A DNA stretch of 47,452 nt from an uncultured Actinomycetes bacterium (GTDB taxonomy: Bacteria; Actinomycetota; Coriobacteriia; Coriobacteriales; RUG033). The stretch covers positions 1 through 47,452 of the forward strand of contig OMWF01000080.1 in the NCBI GenBank assembly GCA_900314665.1, given 5' to 3'. Both the position numbers and the translations under genes were made by a program. The notes below the pieces were generated by a model. That model saw only the letters and a program-made list of their open reading frames with translations, had not been told where the DNA came from and made no database searches. Positions 36,592-46,023 of the stretch are shown here, piece by piece (position 1 is the stretch's first letter; each line of letters opens with the position of its first letter).

Positions 36592-37110
36592 TTACTCGTC
36601 GCCTTTGGCGGATGCCTCCCCGCCTGTCGCCTCGCCGCCGGCAGCCGCCTTCTTGGCCGCTTCCTCGGCGGCCTTTCGCTTCTTCTCGGCAGCCGCCTTT
36701 CGTGCTGCGGCGATCTTGGCCTGACGCTCGGCCTCCTCCTTGGCGATCTGCTCTTTCTCGGCCTGCGAGTACGGGTGCTGGTGGTACAGGCGCACCTGCT
36801 TGGTGGTTGCCGCCGCCGGACGCCCATTATCCATGCGCAGGCACTTCTTGGGGCAGACCAGCACGCAGCTCGAGCACTGGATGCAGTCGAAGGGGTTGAT
36901 GGCCCAGGTGCGGTCGGGTTTGTCCACCCTCAGGGCGGAGGTGGGGCAGGCGCGCGCGCAGGCTCCGCAGAAGATGCACTCCTCGATGTCGCAGACGATG
37001 TGCCCCTTGGTACGCTCGAACGGCTCCCGCTGCTCATATGGGTAGAGTCTGGTGGCCGGCTTCTTGAAAGTGCTGGTGAAGGTCATCTTTCCCAGATGAA
37101 ACAGTCCCAT
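36592..37110 (-). CDS. echF: Group-4 [NiFe] hydrogenase 2x[4Fe-4S] subunit (NuoI/EchF-like) with a Lys/Ala/Glu-rich C-terminal tail
   Basis: CIFCGACARACP and CIQCSSCVLVCP motifs. ~50-aa tail AEKEQIAKEEAERQAKIAAARKAAAEKKRKAAEEAAKK... Confidence 0.8.
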   Translation of the reverse strand: MGLFHLGKMTFTSTFKKPATRLYPYEQREPFERTKGHIVCDIEECIFCGACARACPTSALRVDKPDRTWAINPFDCIQCSSCVLVCPKKCLRMDNGRPAAATTKQVRLYHQHPYSQAEKEQIAKEEAERQAKIAAARKAAAEKKRKAAEEAAKKAAAGGEATGGEASAKGDE

Positions 37111-37116
37111 GGCCGC

Positions 37117-38199
37117 CTACCTTTCCGTGCAGCTGATGCAGGGATCGATGGTGAGGACCATCATCGGCACGTCAGCCAGATCGCAGCCTTGCAGAATCTT
37201 GGTCATGCCGGCGAGATTCATGCTGGTCGGCGTGCGCACGCGCATCCGGTCGAGGAACTTGGTGCCGTTGCCGCGCACATAGTAGAAAGACTCGCCGCGG
37301 GGCTGCTCGACACGGTAGAACCCCTGCGAGCCGGCGGGAGGATTGCCCTTGAGGGGGGTGGATAGCTCGCCGTCGGGGATGGTGTCGGCCATGGCCTTGA
37401 TGAGGTCGATCGACTGGGTGACCTCGTTGATGCGCACCTTGCAGCGGGCGTAGCAGTCGCCTTCGTCAGAGGTGATGGGCGTGAATCCGAGTGTGGCGTA
37501 CGGCTCCTCGTAGAGTCGCACGTCTTCGGCCACGCCGCTGGCGCGCAGCATCGGGCCCAGGCAGCTCAGGTCGACCGCGTCCTGGCGGGAGAGCACCCCC
37601 ACCTCGCGCAGGCGGTTGTTGACCGACTGGTCGTCGAGAAACGCCCTGCTGATGGCCTCGTAGTCCTCGCGGATGGAGTCGAGCTGCTCGATGATGCCGG
37701 GCATCTGCTCGTTGGGAATGTCCTTGAAGACACCGCCGACGATGTTGGCGGAGACGATGACGCGGCCGCCGGAGGTCTGCTCGAGCACGTCGAGGACCCG
37801 CTCGCGCAGGCGCCAGCAGTGCATGAAGAGGCTCTCGAAGCCAAAGCCGTCGGCGAGAAGACCGAGCCAGAGGATGTGGCTGTGTATGCGCTCCAGCTCC
37901 TGCCAGATGCCGCGCAGGTACTTGGCGCGAGGAGGAATCTCGATGCCCATCAGGTTCTCGACCGCGGAGGCGTAGCCCACGCTGTGGCCGAAGCAGCAGA
38001 TGCCGCAGATGCGCTCGGCCACAAAGACCATCTGCTTGAAGTCCTTCTTCTCGGTCAGGTGCTCAAGGCCGCGGTGGATGTAGCCGATGCGGGGGATGGC
38101 CTGCACCACCTTCTCGTCCTCCATGACGAGGTCGAGATGGACGGGTTCGGGCAGGACCGGGTGTTGAGGTCCAAAGGGGATAATCGTGCGCTTTCCCAT
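37117..38199 (-). CDS. echE: Group-4 [NiFe] hydrogenase large subunit (NuoD/EchE-like)
   Basis: N-terminal NiFe ligands RICGICCFGH and C-terminal DPCISCTER. 360 aa, typical of energy-converting hydrogenases. Confidence 0.9.
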   Translation of the reverse strand: MGKRTIIPFGPQHPVLPEPVHLDLVMEDEKVVQAIPRIGYIHRGLEHLTEKKDFKQMVFVAERICGICCFGHSVGYASAVENLMGIEIPPRAKYLRGIWQELERIHSHILWLGLLADGFGFESLFMHCWRLRERVLDVLEQTSGGRVIVSANIVGGVFKDIPNEQMPGIIEQLDSIREDYEAISRAFLDDQSVNNRLREVGVLSRQDAVDLSCLGPMLRASGVAEDVRLYEEPYATLGFTPITSDEGDCYARCKVRINEVTQSIDLIKAMADTIPDGELSTPLKGNPPAGSQGFYRVEQPRGESFYYVRGNGTKFLDRMRVRTPTSMNLAGMTKILQGCDLADVPMMVLTIDPCISCTER

Positions 38200-38204
38200 G
38201 CTGA

Positions 38205-38633
38205 TCAGGCCTCCTTCCCGGTCTGGGCATCCGTCTTGGATGCAGCGGAGCCCGCAGCCGCCTGATAGGCGTTCGGGTTCATGGGCTGGTTGAGAGAGAG
38301 CTGGTAGAACGTTCCCTTGAAATCGATGGCGAGGCCGTCGAAGTTGATCCCAAAGAGGTCGTGTGTCTCGTTCTCAAAGACGAAGGCGGCAAAGAACAGG
38401 TCCGAGATCGAGGTCACGTGCTCCCCGGTAAGCACCTGCATGACCAGATTCTCAAGGACGGCCCCCTTGGCGAAGGTGACCATCAGCTCGAGCGTATCAG
38501 AGCCCTTGGACGCCGTGGCGCTGGTGTTGACGTAATGCCAGCCCTGCGCCTTGTATACCGCTGCCCGATCATGCAGCTCGGCGGGGGCAATGGTGACGAT
38601 CGTGCTCTTAAACGAGTTTGCCATGGCCCTCAA
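38205..38633 (-). CDS. echD: NuoC/EchD-like hydrogenase subunit
   Basis: FENETHDLFGINFDG matches the NuoC-family ERE..D.FGI.F motif. Position is between the NuoB-like and NuoD-like genes. Confidence 0.7.
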   Translation of the reverse strand: MRAMANSFKSTIVTIAPAELHDRAAVYKAQGWHYVNTSATASKGSDTLELMVTFAKGAVLENLVMQVLTGEHVTSISDLFFAAFVFENETHDLFGINFDGLAIDFKGTFYQLSLNQPMNPNAYQAAAGSAASKTDAQTGKEA

Positions 38634-39319
38634 GCCTCCTTTCCAGGTTGCTCAGACGCGGCTGGTTGCGCGTCTGGGGAGGCCGTCTCGTCGCCCGTCG
38701 AGTCCTGGGCCAGCTGAGAAGCGAGCTTCTCGGCCACCTTGGCGCCCGCGGGGGCGAGCTCGGGAATCATCGCCGGGGTGGCTCCCAGGTCGATTTCGCC
38801 GGCCTCGGGGTTGTCGGGGTCGTTCCAGTGCATCATCTGCTCCACTGTCGGCAGCTGCCTGAGGGAGGCGGTGGCCTCCTCCGGGTCTTCTCCGCGCTTC
38901 ATGGCCGCGCGCTTGGCATCGAGCAGGGCCACGCCCTGGACCAGGGCGTCGATGATGGTCTCCGGGCGCACCGCGCAGCCGGGGGCGTAGACGTCGACGG
39001 GGATGGCCTGGTCGACGCCGCCCATGATGTTGTAGCACTCGCGGAAGAGGCCGCCGGTGCAGGCGCAGATTCCGCACGCCACAACCACCTTGGGCTCGAG
39101 CATCTGCTCATAGGTCTGGCGGACGACCTCGATGTTCTGCTCGTTGATGCCGCCGGTGATGAGGAAGACATCGGCGTGTTTGGGGTCGCCGGTGTTGACC
39201 ACGCCAAAGCGCTCGGCGTCGTAAAGCGGGGTAAGCAAAGCCAAGACCTCGATGTCGCAGCCATTGCAGCTCGACCCGTCATAGTGGATGATCCACGGTG
39301 ATTTTCCTGCTGAACCCAT
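38630..39319 (-). CDS. echC: Hydrogenase small subunit (NuoB/EchC-like) with a ~70-aa acidic/Ala/Pro C-terminal extension
   Basis: CNGCDIE, DVFLITGG, ACGICACTGG, PGCAVRPE cluster-binding pattern. ATG 39319 is preceded by AGGAGG. The tracked longer ORF (to 39451) overlaps the upstream gene. Confidence 0.85.
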   Translation of the reverse strand: MGSAGKSPWIIHYDGSSCNGCDIEVLALLTPLYDAERFGVVNTGDPKHADVFLITGGINEQNIEVVRQTYEQMLEPKVVVACGICACTGGLFRECYNIMGGVDQAIPVDVYAPGCAVRPETIIDALVQGVALLDAKRAAMKRGEDPEEATASLRQLPTVEQMMHWNDPDNPEAGEIDLGATPAMIPELAPAGAKVAEKLASQLAQDSTGDETASPDAQPAASEQPGKEA

Positions 39320-39330
39320 ACAGGCGCCTC

Positions 39331-40206
39331 CTAGAGCAGGTTGATGATGTAGAGGTACAGGATGTTGGCGCCGCCCAGGCCAAACGCCGCCCACCAGGAG
39401 TAGCGCAGCATGACCTGCCACTTGACGCGGGCAAAGTTGTTGTCGATCCAAATCTCAAGGAAGTAGAGGACGACAACGGCCACCAGGGCCACCACCACGC
39501 CCACCGGCGACCCCCAGATGATGAAGAGGGCGGTCCAGCCGAGGAAGAGCACGGTCTCGTACCAGTGCGCGATCTCATAGCGGGCCAGGGTGCGGCCAGC
39601 GAACTCTGTGGTCACGCCCTTGACCAGCTCCTGATGGGCGTGCTCGGAAGTGGAGATGTCAAAGGGCGACTTGCGCAGCTTGATGGTGAGGATGAAGAGG
39701 AACCCTATGAAGAGCAGGAAGGTCTTGAGGATGGCGGGGCTTTGGGCCAGGCCGATCTGCGCCACATCGAAGGTCCCGGTAGCCAGGTAGAAGCCGGCGG
39801 CCGTGAGCAGCACCATGGGCTCGTAAGCCATGACCTGCAGGTTCTCTCGCTGGGCGCCGGCCTCGGCAAAGGGGCTGCGGGTGTTGTAGGCGGCGATGAC
39901 CAGGAACAGGGAGGCCATGGTGACGAGCAGCGTCACCAGCAGGAAGTTTCCGCCGGCAAAGAACAGGCAGCCGGAGATTACCACGAAGACCAGGTACATC
40001 ACGATGTAGATGTCCTGCGCCGTGCTTACCGTGGCCCTTTCCTTGCCCAACAGCTTGGCGACGTCGTAGAAGGGCTGCAGGATGGGCGGCCCCACCCTCC
40101 CCTGCATGCGGGCCGAGACCTTACGGTCGATGCCGACGATGAGCCCGCCCAGGAAGGGGCCGCCGATGAGGAACGCGATGGCGAGCACTGCTTTAAGGAG
40201 CGTCAT
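39331..40206 (-). CDS. echB: Membrane subunit, NuoH/HycD/EchB-like
   Basis: Polytopic membrane protein with the RKVSARMQGRVGPP motif typical of the NuoH/HycD family. Start overlaps the upstream stop (TGATG). Confidence 0.85.
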   Translation of the reverse strand: MTLLKAVLAIAFLIGGPFLGGLIVGIDRKVSARMQGRVGPPILQPFYDVAKLLGKERATVSTAQDIYIVMYLVFVVISGCLFFAGGNFLLVTLLVTMASLFLVIAAYNTRSPFAEAGAQRENLQVMAYEPMVLLTAAGFYLATGTFDVAQIGLAQSPAILKTFLLFIGFLFILTIKLRKSPFDISTSEHAHQELVKGVTTEFAGRTLARYEIAHWYETVLFLGWTALFIIWGSPVGVVVALVAVVVLYFLEIWIDNNFARVKWQVMLRYSWWAAFGLGGANILYLYIINLL

Positions 40207-42128
40207 CACAGACCACCTCCGATCCCCATCATGAAGGTAAGCGCGGCGACCACGCCCCACAGCAGGATGAAGGTCCCCACCACTTGCCCGACGCGGCGGA
40301 GCTTCTCCTCGGAGAAGACGCCCTCCATGTACCAGTTGCGCTGAGTGGCCTCGAGGGGCTGTTGCATCGAGTCGCTGAAGACACGGTCATCGCCGTCGAG
40401 CGAGACGCCCGAGAGGTAGACGGGCAGCGTCCGGCCCTTGCCGGAGGGACGCCCGGAGATGCCGACCATGACCGCCACCACGACCAAGGCCAAGGCCGAG
40501 AGCAGCCACAGGTTGTCGAGCCCCACCCCGGTAGAGACCCCCAGGTAGGGGTCGACCACGAAGTACGAGATGAGCGGGAAGAGCAGCGTGCAGGCGATTG
40601 CCAGCACGGCCATGAGCGTGATGGCCAGCCACTCGGAGGCGTGCACGCCCTGCTCGACCGACACCTCGGAGCGTGCCGAGGCGCTCACCTTGCCGATCCA
40701 CTTGGCCCAGAAGAAGAAGGTGGCCGCCGAGCCAAAGGCGAGCATCAGCACCAGGCCAATGTTGTACGAGTCGATAAAGGCCTGGAAGGCGGCCCACTTG
40801 GAGATGAGCATGCCGAAGGGGGCGATGAACATGACGAGCATGCCGATCACCATGAAGCGCGAGAGGCGCGGCATGCGGCTGAACAGACTGTCCATGTCCT
40901 CGATGTTTCGGGAGCCGATGTGGTGCTCGGCGGTGCCCACGCACAGGAAGAGCAGCGATTTGGCAGCGGCATGGAAGATGAGCAGGAAGATGGCCGCCCA
41001 GGTGGCAAGCGGACTGCCGATGCCCGCGCAGGCCACGATCAGGCCCAGGTTGGCAATGGTCGAGTAGGCCAGCACGCGCTTGGCGTTGCTCTGGGTGATG
41101 GCCATTATGGAGGTCATCATGAAGGTGAAGCCGCCCACCAGCATGAGCATTATGCCAGGGATGTTGAGGCCGCAGGCCGGCGCGAGCTTGATGAGCAGGA
41201 AGCAGCCGGCCTTGACCATGGTCGAGCTGTGCAGGAGGGCGCTGGTAGGCGTGGGGGCAACCATCGCGCCCAAAAGCCAGGTGTGGAACGGCATCTGCGC
41301 GGCCTTGGTGATGGCGGCAAAGCCCAGCAGGGTCACGACAAAGGTGGTGACGACGGTAGGTGATAACTGCCCCAAGGCGATGAGCTGCGTGAGCTCCCCG
41401 ATGCCAAAGAGGCCGGAGACGATGTTGGCGCAGGCAAAGGCGAGGCCGCCCAGCAGGTTCATCCAGATCTGGCGGAACGCGTTGCGGGTGGCCTCCTCGG
41501 TCCTGGTGTAGCCGATAAGCAGGAACGAGCAGACCGTGGTGATCTCCCAGCCGCAGAAGAGCCAGGCCAGGTTGTTGGAGAAGACGATGAGGTACATGCC
41601 GGTGAGGAAGATCCACATCACGGCGAAGAAGACGTGGCGGCGGTCCGAGTCGGCATGGCGCTGGAAGTCGCGCATGTAGCCGATGGCGTAGACCGTGATT
41701 CCGGTGCCGATGATGCCGATGACGAGTGCCATGATCACCGAGAGCGTGTCCACATAGATGGGCGTGAAAACGCTCGCCCGCGGTGCCACGGCAAGCTCGT
41801 TGACCGCGAGCAACGCAAGCTGGATGATCGCGAGAAGCACGATCCAGGGCTTGTGCCCACGTCCCGCGATGACCGCGATGCTGATGGCGATGAGCGCGTC
41901 CACCAGCGCCAAGACTACATCGATAGCCTCGCACTCAAACGATAGGGCGACCGGCTTGCCTCCGCCCAGCGCAAAGAGCACGGCCACCGCGATCGAGCCG
42001 GCAGCCACCAGGGCTGCCGAGACCGGCACGAACACGCCCCTGAAGGAATCGCTGCGGACGAGCAGCAGCAAACCAGCGGCGATTGCCGGGTAGACGACCA
42101 GGAACAGGAGCAAGACGTTCAAGGGCAT
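40206..42128 (-). CDS. echA: Antiporter-like membrane subunit, NuoL/HycC/EchA-like
   Basis: 640-aa polytopic protein with Mrp/ND5-type proton-conducting transporter motifs (WLLGAMVAPTPTSALLHSSTMVKAG). SD GGGGGAGGGG upstream. Confidence 0.85.
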   Translation of the reverse strand: MPLNVLLLFLVVYPAIAAGLLLLVRSDSFRGVFVPVSAALVAAGSIAVAVLFALGGGKPVALSFECEAIDVVLALVDALIAISIAVIAGRGHKPWIVLLAIIQLALLAVNELAVAPRASVFTPIYVDTLSVIMALVIGIIGTGITVYAIGYMRDFQRHADSDRRHVFFAVMWIFLTGMYLIVFSNNLAWLFCGWEITTVCSFLLIGYTRTEEATRNAFRQIWMNLLGGLAFACANIVSGLFGIGELTQLIALGQLSPTVVTTFVVTLLGFAAITKAAQMPFHTWLLGAMVAPTPTSALLHSSTMVKAGCFLLIKLAPACGLNIPGIMLMLVGGFTFMMTSIMAITQSNAKRVLAYSTIANLGLIVACAGIGSPLATWAAIFLLIFHAAAKSLLFLCVGTAEHHIGSRNIEDMDSLFSRMPRLSRFMVIGMLVMFIAPFGMLISKWAAFQAFIDSYNIGLVLMLAFGSAATFFFWAKWIGKVSASARSEVSVEQGVHASEWLAITLMAVLAIACTLLFPLISYFVVDPYLGVSTGVGLDNLWLLSALALVVVAVMVGISGRPSGKGRTLPVYLSGVSLDGDDRVFSDSMQQPLEATQRNWYMEGVFSEEKLRRVGQVVGTFILLWGVVAALTFMMGIGGGL

Positions 42129-42161
42129 TCCCCTCCCCCAATGTCGAGATCTCTCTAGAAC

Positions 42162-42187
42162 AGCAGGCGCCCTGAAATCAGGGCGCC
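42162..42187 (-). promoter_or_regulatory. Stable hairpin in the 5' leader of the hydrogenase operon
   Basis: 11-bp perfect stem CAGGCGCCCTG / CAGGGCGCCTG with a 4-nt loop. Its 3' end lies about 33 nt upstream of the echA start codon. Confidence 0.5.
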
Positions 42188-42586
42188 TGGCGACCCGCTG
42201 TCTTTTACGATGCGGCTAGCTCGCAATCGAGCGCAGGAGCCGCAAGGCGCGCAAGAACCACATGGCGGATACGGCAATCTCTGCGCACGACCCCACCAGC
42301 GAGCGTTTATTACGCTATCCATCATAACGGAAACCATCAACAGATAAACGGCGAGCTGCAAAAAGCGTAACGTTCATTTTGTGATATTTGCTGGTAATCT
42401 ATCTTGCTACCCTATGATGAAATCATATCTCAATATATCTAATTACTATCATCACAAATGACTTAGCCGTCGGCTCCGTGCCCTGGCCTCTTCCGGAACA
42501 ACTATATTGTTACCTGCCATACGCCTTGCCCATGCTGCCAGTTGCCTCGTGCAGCCGACCGGCAGCCCGTAAAGGAGAGATGCCTC

Positions 42587-43492
42587 ATGTCCAAGCTCAC
42601 CGACCGCATCGACGAGGCGTGGTCCACGCTCGCCCCGCAAGACCTCGACCGCTTCCTGCGAGAGCTGGCGGAGGAGGTCGAGCGCGATCAGGGAACCCAC
42701 ACCGCCGACTACGCCACCGTCATGAACGAGCTGGGCACCTTCTTGAGGGTTACCGCCCAGTACCAAGACGGCGAGCAGGCGTTTCTCAAGGCGCTGCCGG
42801 CCTTGGAGGAGATCGCCGGACGCGACAGCGACGTCTATGCGACCTGCCTCGACAACCTGGGCGAGCTCTACCGCCTGTGCGGAGACCTGGACAGCTGCGA
42901 GCGCTGTCTTACCGAAGCCGAGCGGCTCTTCGTCGACAAGGGCTCGCGCGAGTATGCCGCCTGCCTCAACTACCAGGGACATCTCGCAGAGGCCCGGCAG
43001 GACCCGGCCCGCGCCCGCCAGTGCTACCTGCGCTCGCTCGAGATCGTGGAGCGCATCGAGCCGGAGTCTCTCGACCTCGCCACCGGCTACCAAAACGTGG
43101 CCAATGCCTATCAAGCCCAGGGCGACCTGACGCATGCCGAGGAGTACCTGCGCCGGGCCATGGACCTCTACGACCGCGGGGTGCTCACCATCAACGCCCA
43201 CTACATCAGCCTGCTCAACCAGATCGCCGCGCTCGAGCTGAAGCAGGGCCGTGCCGACGACGCCGAGAGAAGCTTTGACCAGGCCGTCGCCGACCTGCCC
43301 AAGACCACTGCCAGCCCCATCGACGCGATCGTGGTCTACGCCAACGCCGGTACCCTCTACCACGCCCGCGGCAAGGCAGACAAGTGCGCCGCCGCAGCCG
43401 CGCAAATCGACCGCATCGCGCAGATGGATGCGCTTGCGGACCACCCGCTGGTGGTGAGGCTCTCATCGTTGGCAAGAAGCTGGGAGTGCTAG
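42587..43492 (+). CDS. TPR-repeat protein
   Basis: Repeated 34-40-aa units with the A..Y..AL..E/G pattern (TCLDNLGELYRLCGDLDSCERCL, ACLNYQGHLAEARQD, GYQNVANAYQAQGDLTHAEEYLRRAMDLY). ATG 42587 is preceded by AAAGGAGAGA. Confidence 0.8.
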   Translation: MSKLTDRIDEAWSTLAPQDLDRFLRELAEEVERDQGTHTADYATVMNELGTFLRVTAQYQDGEQAFLKALPALEEIAGRDSDVYATCLDNLGELYRLCGDLDSCERCLTEAERLFVDKGSREYAACLNYQGHLAEARQDPARARQCYLRSLEIVERIEPESLDLATGYQNVANAYQAQGDLTHAEEYLRRAMDLYDRGVLTINAHYISLLNQIAALELKQGRADDAERSFDQAVADLPKTTASPIDAIVVYANAGTLYHARGKADKCAAAAAQIDRIAQMDALADHPLVVRLSSLARSWEC

Positions 43493-43533
43493 CAAGGGAG
43501 GCCCCGTCGCCGGGGCTTCTCCCCTTCTGATGC

Positions 43534-44469
43534 TCAGAGCACGTCCTTGAGGATGTCCCAGGTCTCCGCCAAGCCCTGCTCAAAGGTCGTGAACGTGAAG
43601 CCGCCCACGTCGCGGGCGATCTTATCGCCCGCATACCACTCGTCGCCCTCGAGCGGGAACATGATGGGGATGCGCTGCTCGTCGATCTGCGCCACGGAGA
43701 GGTGCTCGCAGCGCTGCGGCGTGGCGGACGGCAGGGCGCCCAGGCACGCCTCGAACCGGGGCCAGTCGACCGCATCGGGTGCCGCCAGGTTGTACGCCTG
43801 GTTGCGCGTGGCGGGCGTCTCGAGCACCTTGAAGAGCAGCTGGGCAAGGTCCTTCACGTAGATGAACGAGAAGCGCGAGCGGGAGTCGTCCGGGAAGGGC
43901 AGCGGGTCGCCGTGGGCAAGCCAATTGAGATAGGTGAGCAGGCGCGGGGTGTAATCGAAGGGCCCGTAGATGAACGAGGGGCGCAGGATGGTCCAGCCGG
44001 TGTTTGCATCGGCGCAGCAGTCGAGAAGCTCGTCTTCCAGCCGCCGCTTGCCGCTCAGGTAGTCCACCAGCTCGGGCGGGTAGCCGGGGCGGGCCGAGAT
44101 CTGCTCGACCGTGGAGCGCGGGGTGGCCTCGTCCTGCGGCGACGGCGCGTCCGGCTGGTAGACGTTGACGGTCGACAGCAGCACGTAGCGACCGTACGTC
44201 ACACCGCTTTCAAAGATGGCGCGGACATCGCCCGCATGGTAGGCGCAAAAGTCGATGACGGCGTCGAAGGAGGCGCCGCGAAGCGCCCGCTTGAGCGCCG
44301 CCGCGTCGGTGCGGTCGGCGACGAGCTCGGTCACGTTGTCGCGCCTGAGCGGTCGCGACCCGCGGTTTACACAGGTGAGCTCGATGTCCTCACGGCGCGA
44401 GGCGTAGATCGAGAAGACCCGGCCGGCAAAGTACGTGCCGCCGATGACGAGGATGCGGGTGGTTCCCAT
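43534..44469 (-). CDS. NAD-dependent epimerase/dehydratase-family (extended SDR) protein
   Basis: N-terminal Rossmann motif ILVIGGTYFAG. ~310 aa. ATG 44469 is preceded by AAGGAGGA. Confidence 0.7.
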   Translation of the reverse strand: MGTTRILVIGGTYFAGRVFSIYASRREDIELTCVNRGSRPLRRDNVTELVADRTDAAALKRALRGASFDAVIDFCAYHAGDVRAIFESGVTYGRYVLLSTVNVYQPDAPSPQDEATPRSTVEQISARPGYPPELVDYLSGKRRLEDELLDCCADANTGWTILRPSFIYGPFDYTPRLLTYLNWLAHGDPLPFPDDSRSRFSFIYVKDLAQLLFKVLETPATRNQAYNLAAPDAVDWPRFEACLGALPSATPQRCEHLSVAQIDEQRIPIMFPLEGDEWYAGDKIARDVGGFTFTTFEQGLAETWDILKDVL

Positions 44470-44504
44470 GGGTGGGTCCTCCTTGGAGGTCGGGGCCATG
44501 CGGC

Positions 44505-45140
44505 TCAGCGCGAGCCTGAGGCGGCGGTCTTCTCGGCAGCGGCCAGGCTGGCGTAGCCGAGCATGCGCACCTGGGCCTCGTCGCTTTGCTCCTGCAGGTT
44601 GACACCTTCCGCCTGAGCCTCAGAGAAGCGCTGGTAAATTAGTTGCAACGTGGCCTCTGAGTAGGTTTTGAGCTCGCCTCGGGAGTAGGTCTCGATCGAT
44701 GTCCCCAGCCGGTCGTCCGAGGTGTGCAGCGGGCGCCCGTGCCGCATGAAGTGCGGGTAGCGCTGCGCCATCTCCGTGGCCCATCCCACCTGGATGGCCA
44801 CGATCTTCTCCACCAGCTCGGCCTTTTGCGGAGACACCGCGGGAAGATCGCCTTTGATCTGCGCGTACTCGTCGGGATGAGTGCTCTCCATCATGTACCC
44901 GTACTTCTCGGCCAGGGGGTTGCGGCCCTCGACCAGCGCGCGGTCGAGGTCGGCCTGGTAGCTTGCCAGCGCCTCGTCGGTCCAGATGGCAAACTGGCTC
45001 CTGCGCATCACCGAGAAGGTCTGCGGCATGTCCTGGCAGCTCGCTCGACCACCGACGTTGTTGACATTCTGAAAGAACGCCCACTCGGCCCCCACCAGGG
45101 AGTCGATGAGCTGCTCGCGGTCCGTTTGCGCTTGCGTCAT
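44505..45140 (-). CDS. Conserved hypothetical protein (possibly DUF4125-like)
   Basis: The EWAFFQNVNNVGGRASCQD motif resembles what I recall of DUF4125 proteins. Not verified. ATG 45140 is preceded by AAAGGAGA. Confidence 0.5.
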   Translation of the reverse strand: MTQAQTDREQLIDSLVGAEWAFFQNVNNVGGRASCQDMPQTFSVMRRSQFAIWTDEALASYQADLDRALVEGRNPLAEKYGYMMESTHPDEYAQIKGDLPAVSPQKAELVEKIVAIQVGWATEMAQRYPHFMRHGRPLHTSDDRLGTSIETYSRGELKTYSEATLQLIYQRFSEAQAEGVNLQEQSDEAQVRMLGYASLAAAEKTAASGSR

Positions 45141-45313
45141 GGGCGGGTCTCCTTTGCGCGTGCCGGATATGTTGCGTAAACCGTAACGCAACTGCAGCGT
45201 CTTTGCCGAGGAGGACGCTTTGGCGCCCCTGTTGTCCTACCATGTAGATGCACGGGTGCTGCATCGCCGGCATCGATGCCGCATCGGGTACGCGACCTGA
45301 GGAGTGATCTCTC

Positions 45314-45838
45314 ATGAGCAGCCAGAACACCGGTTCAAACCACATCGTGGTAGGCGTCGTCCCGGGCCAGGACCCCGCGCTCTACCAGGCGGCGACCCGT
45401 CTCGCGCGCGAGCTGGGCGACACCCTCGCCATCGTATACGCGGACGTCTCCAACGCCGCCGAGCCGCAGCGCCCCAACGCCCAGGCGGTCATCGACGCCT
45501 TCCCCGACAAGGTCCCCCTCATCGACAATCCATTGAACGAGCAGTGGGAGCGCTCCGAGAAGGAGCTGCTGAAGGAGATTTCCAGTCACATGGACGGCAC
45601 GGGCGTGGTGTGGCGCTTCATGCACGTGGCCGAGGAGCCGGTGCCGGCGCTCGCCAGGCTGGCGGCGCGGCTCGATGCCCGCTGCATCGCCGTGGGGACC
45701 CGCGAGCCGGGCGCCGGCCCACGCCTGCGCGAGCTTCTGGGCGGCTCGGTCGCTTCGGGCCTGAGCCACAAGCAGTCCATCCCGGTGCTGGTGGTTCCCC
45801 TGGCGCCTCGTGAGGACCTGGAGCTGCCGCACGACTGA
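45314..45838 (+). CDS. Universal stress protein (UspA family)
   Basis: HIVVGV...A..LA...G..L.IVY and C-terminal IAVGTRE..G...LLGSVASGLSHKQSIPVLVV. Confidence 0.8.
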   Translation: MSSQNTGSNHIVVGVVPGQDPALYQAATRLARELGDTLAIVYADVSNAAEPQRPNAQAVIDAFPDKVPLIDNPLNEQWERSEKELLKEISSHMDGTGVVWRFMHVAEEPVPALARLAARLDARCIAVGTREPGAGPRLRELLGGSVASGLSHKQSIPVLVVPLAPREDLELPHD

Positions 45839-46023
45839 GCCGGCTTTGGCCCCGCGCCGCTCCCGCCTCTGACGCCGCGCGCCCGTACGGAACTGCGGCG
45901 CACCCACGGCATTTGTCGCGCTCAGGCGGCATTGCGCCGGCAGCAGAAGTAGTACGCTGATGCAGTTCGCCTTGCACGGCAGGGCGAATGGACATTGGCC
46001 ACGCACAAGGGAAGAGGGTCTCG

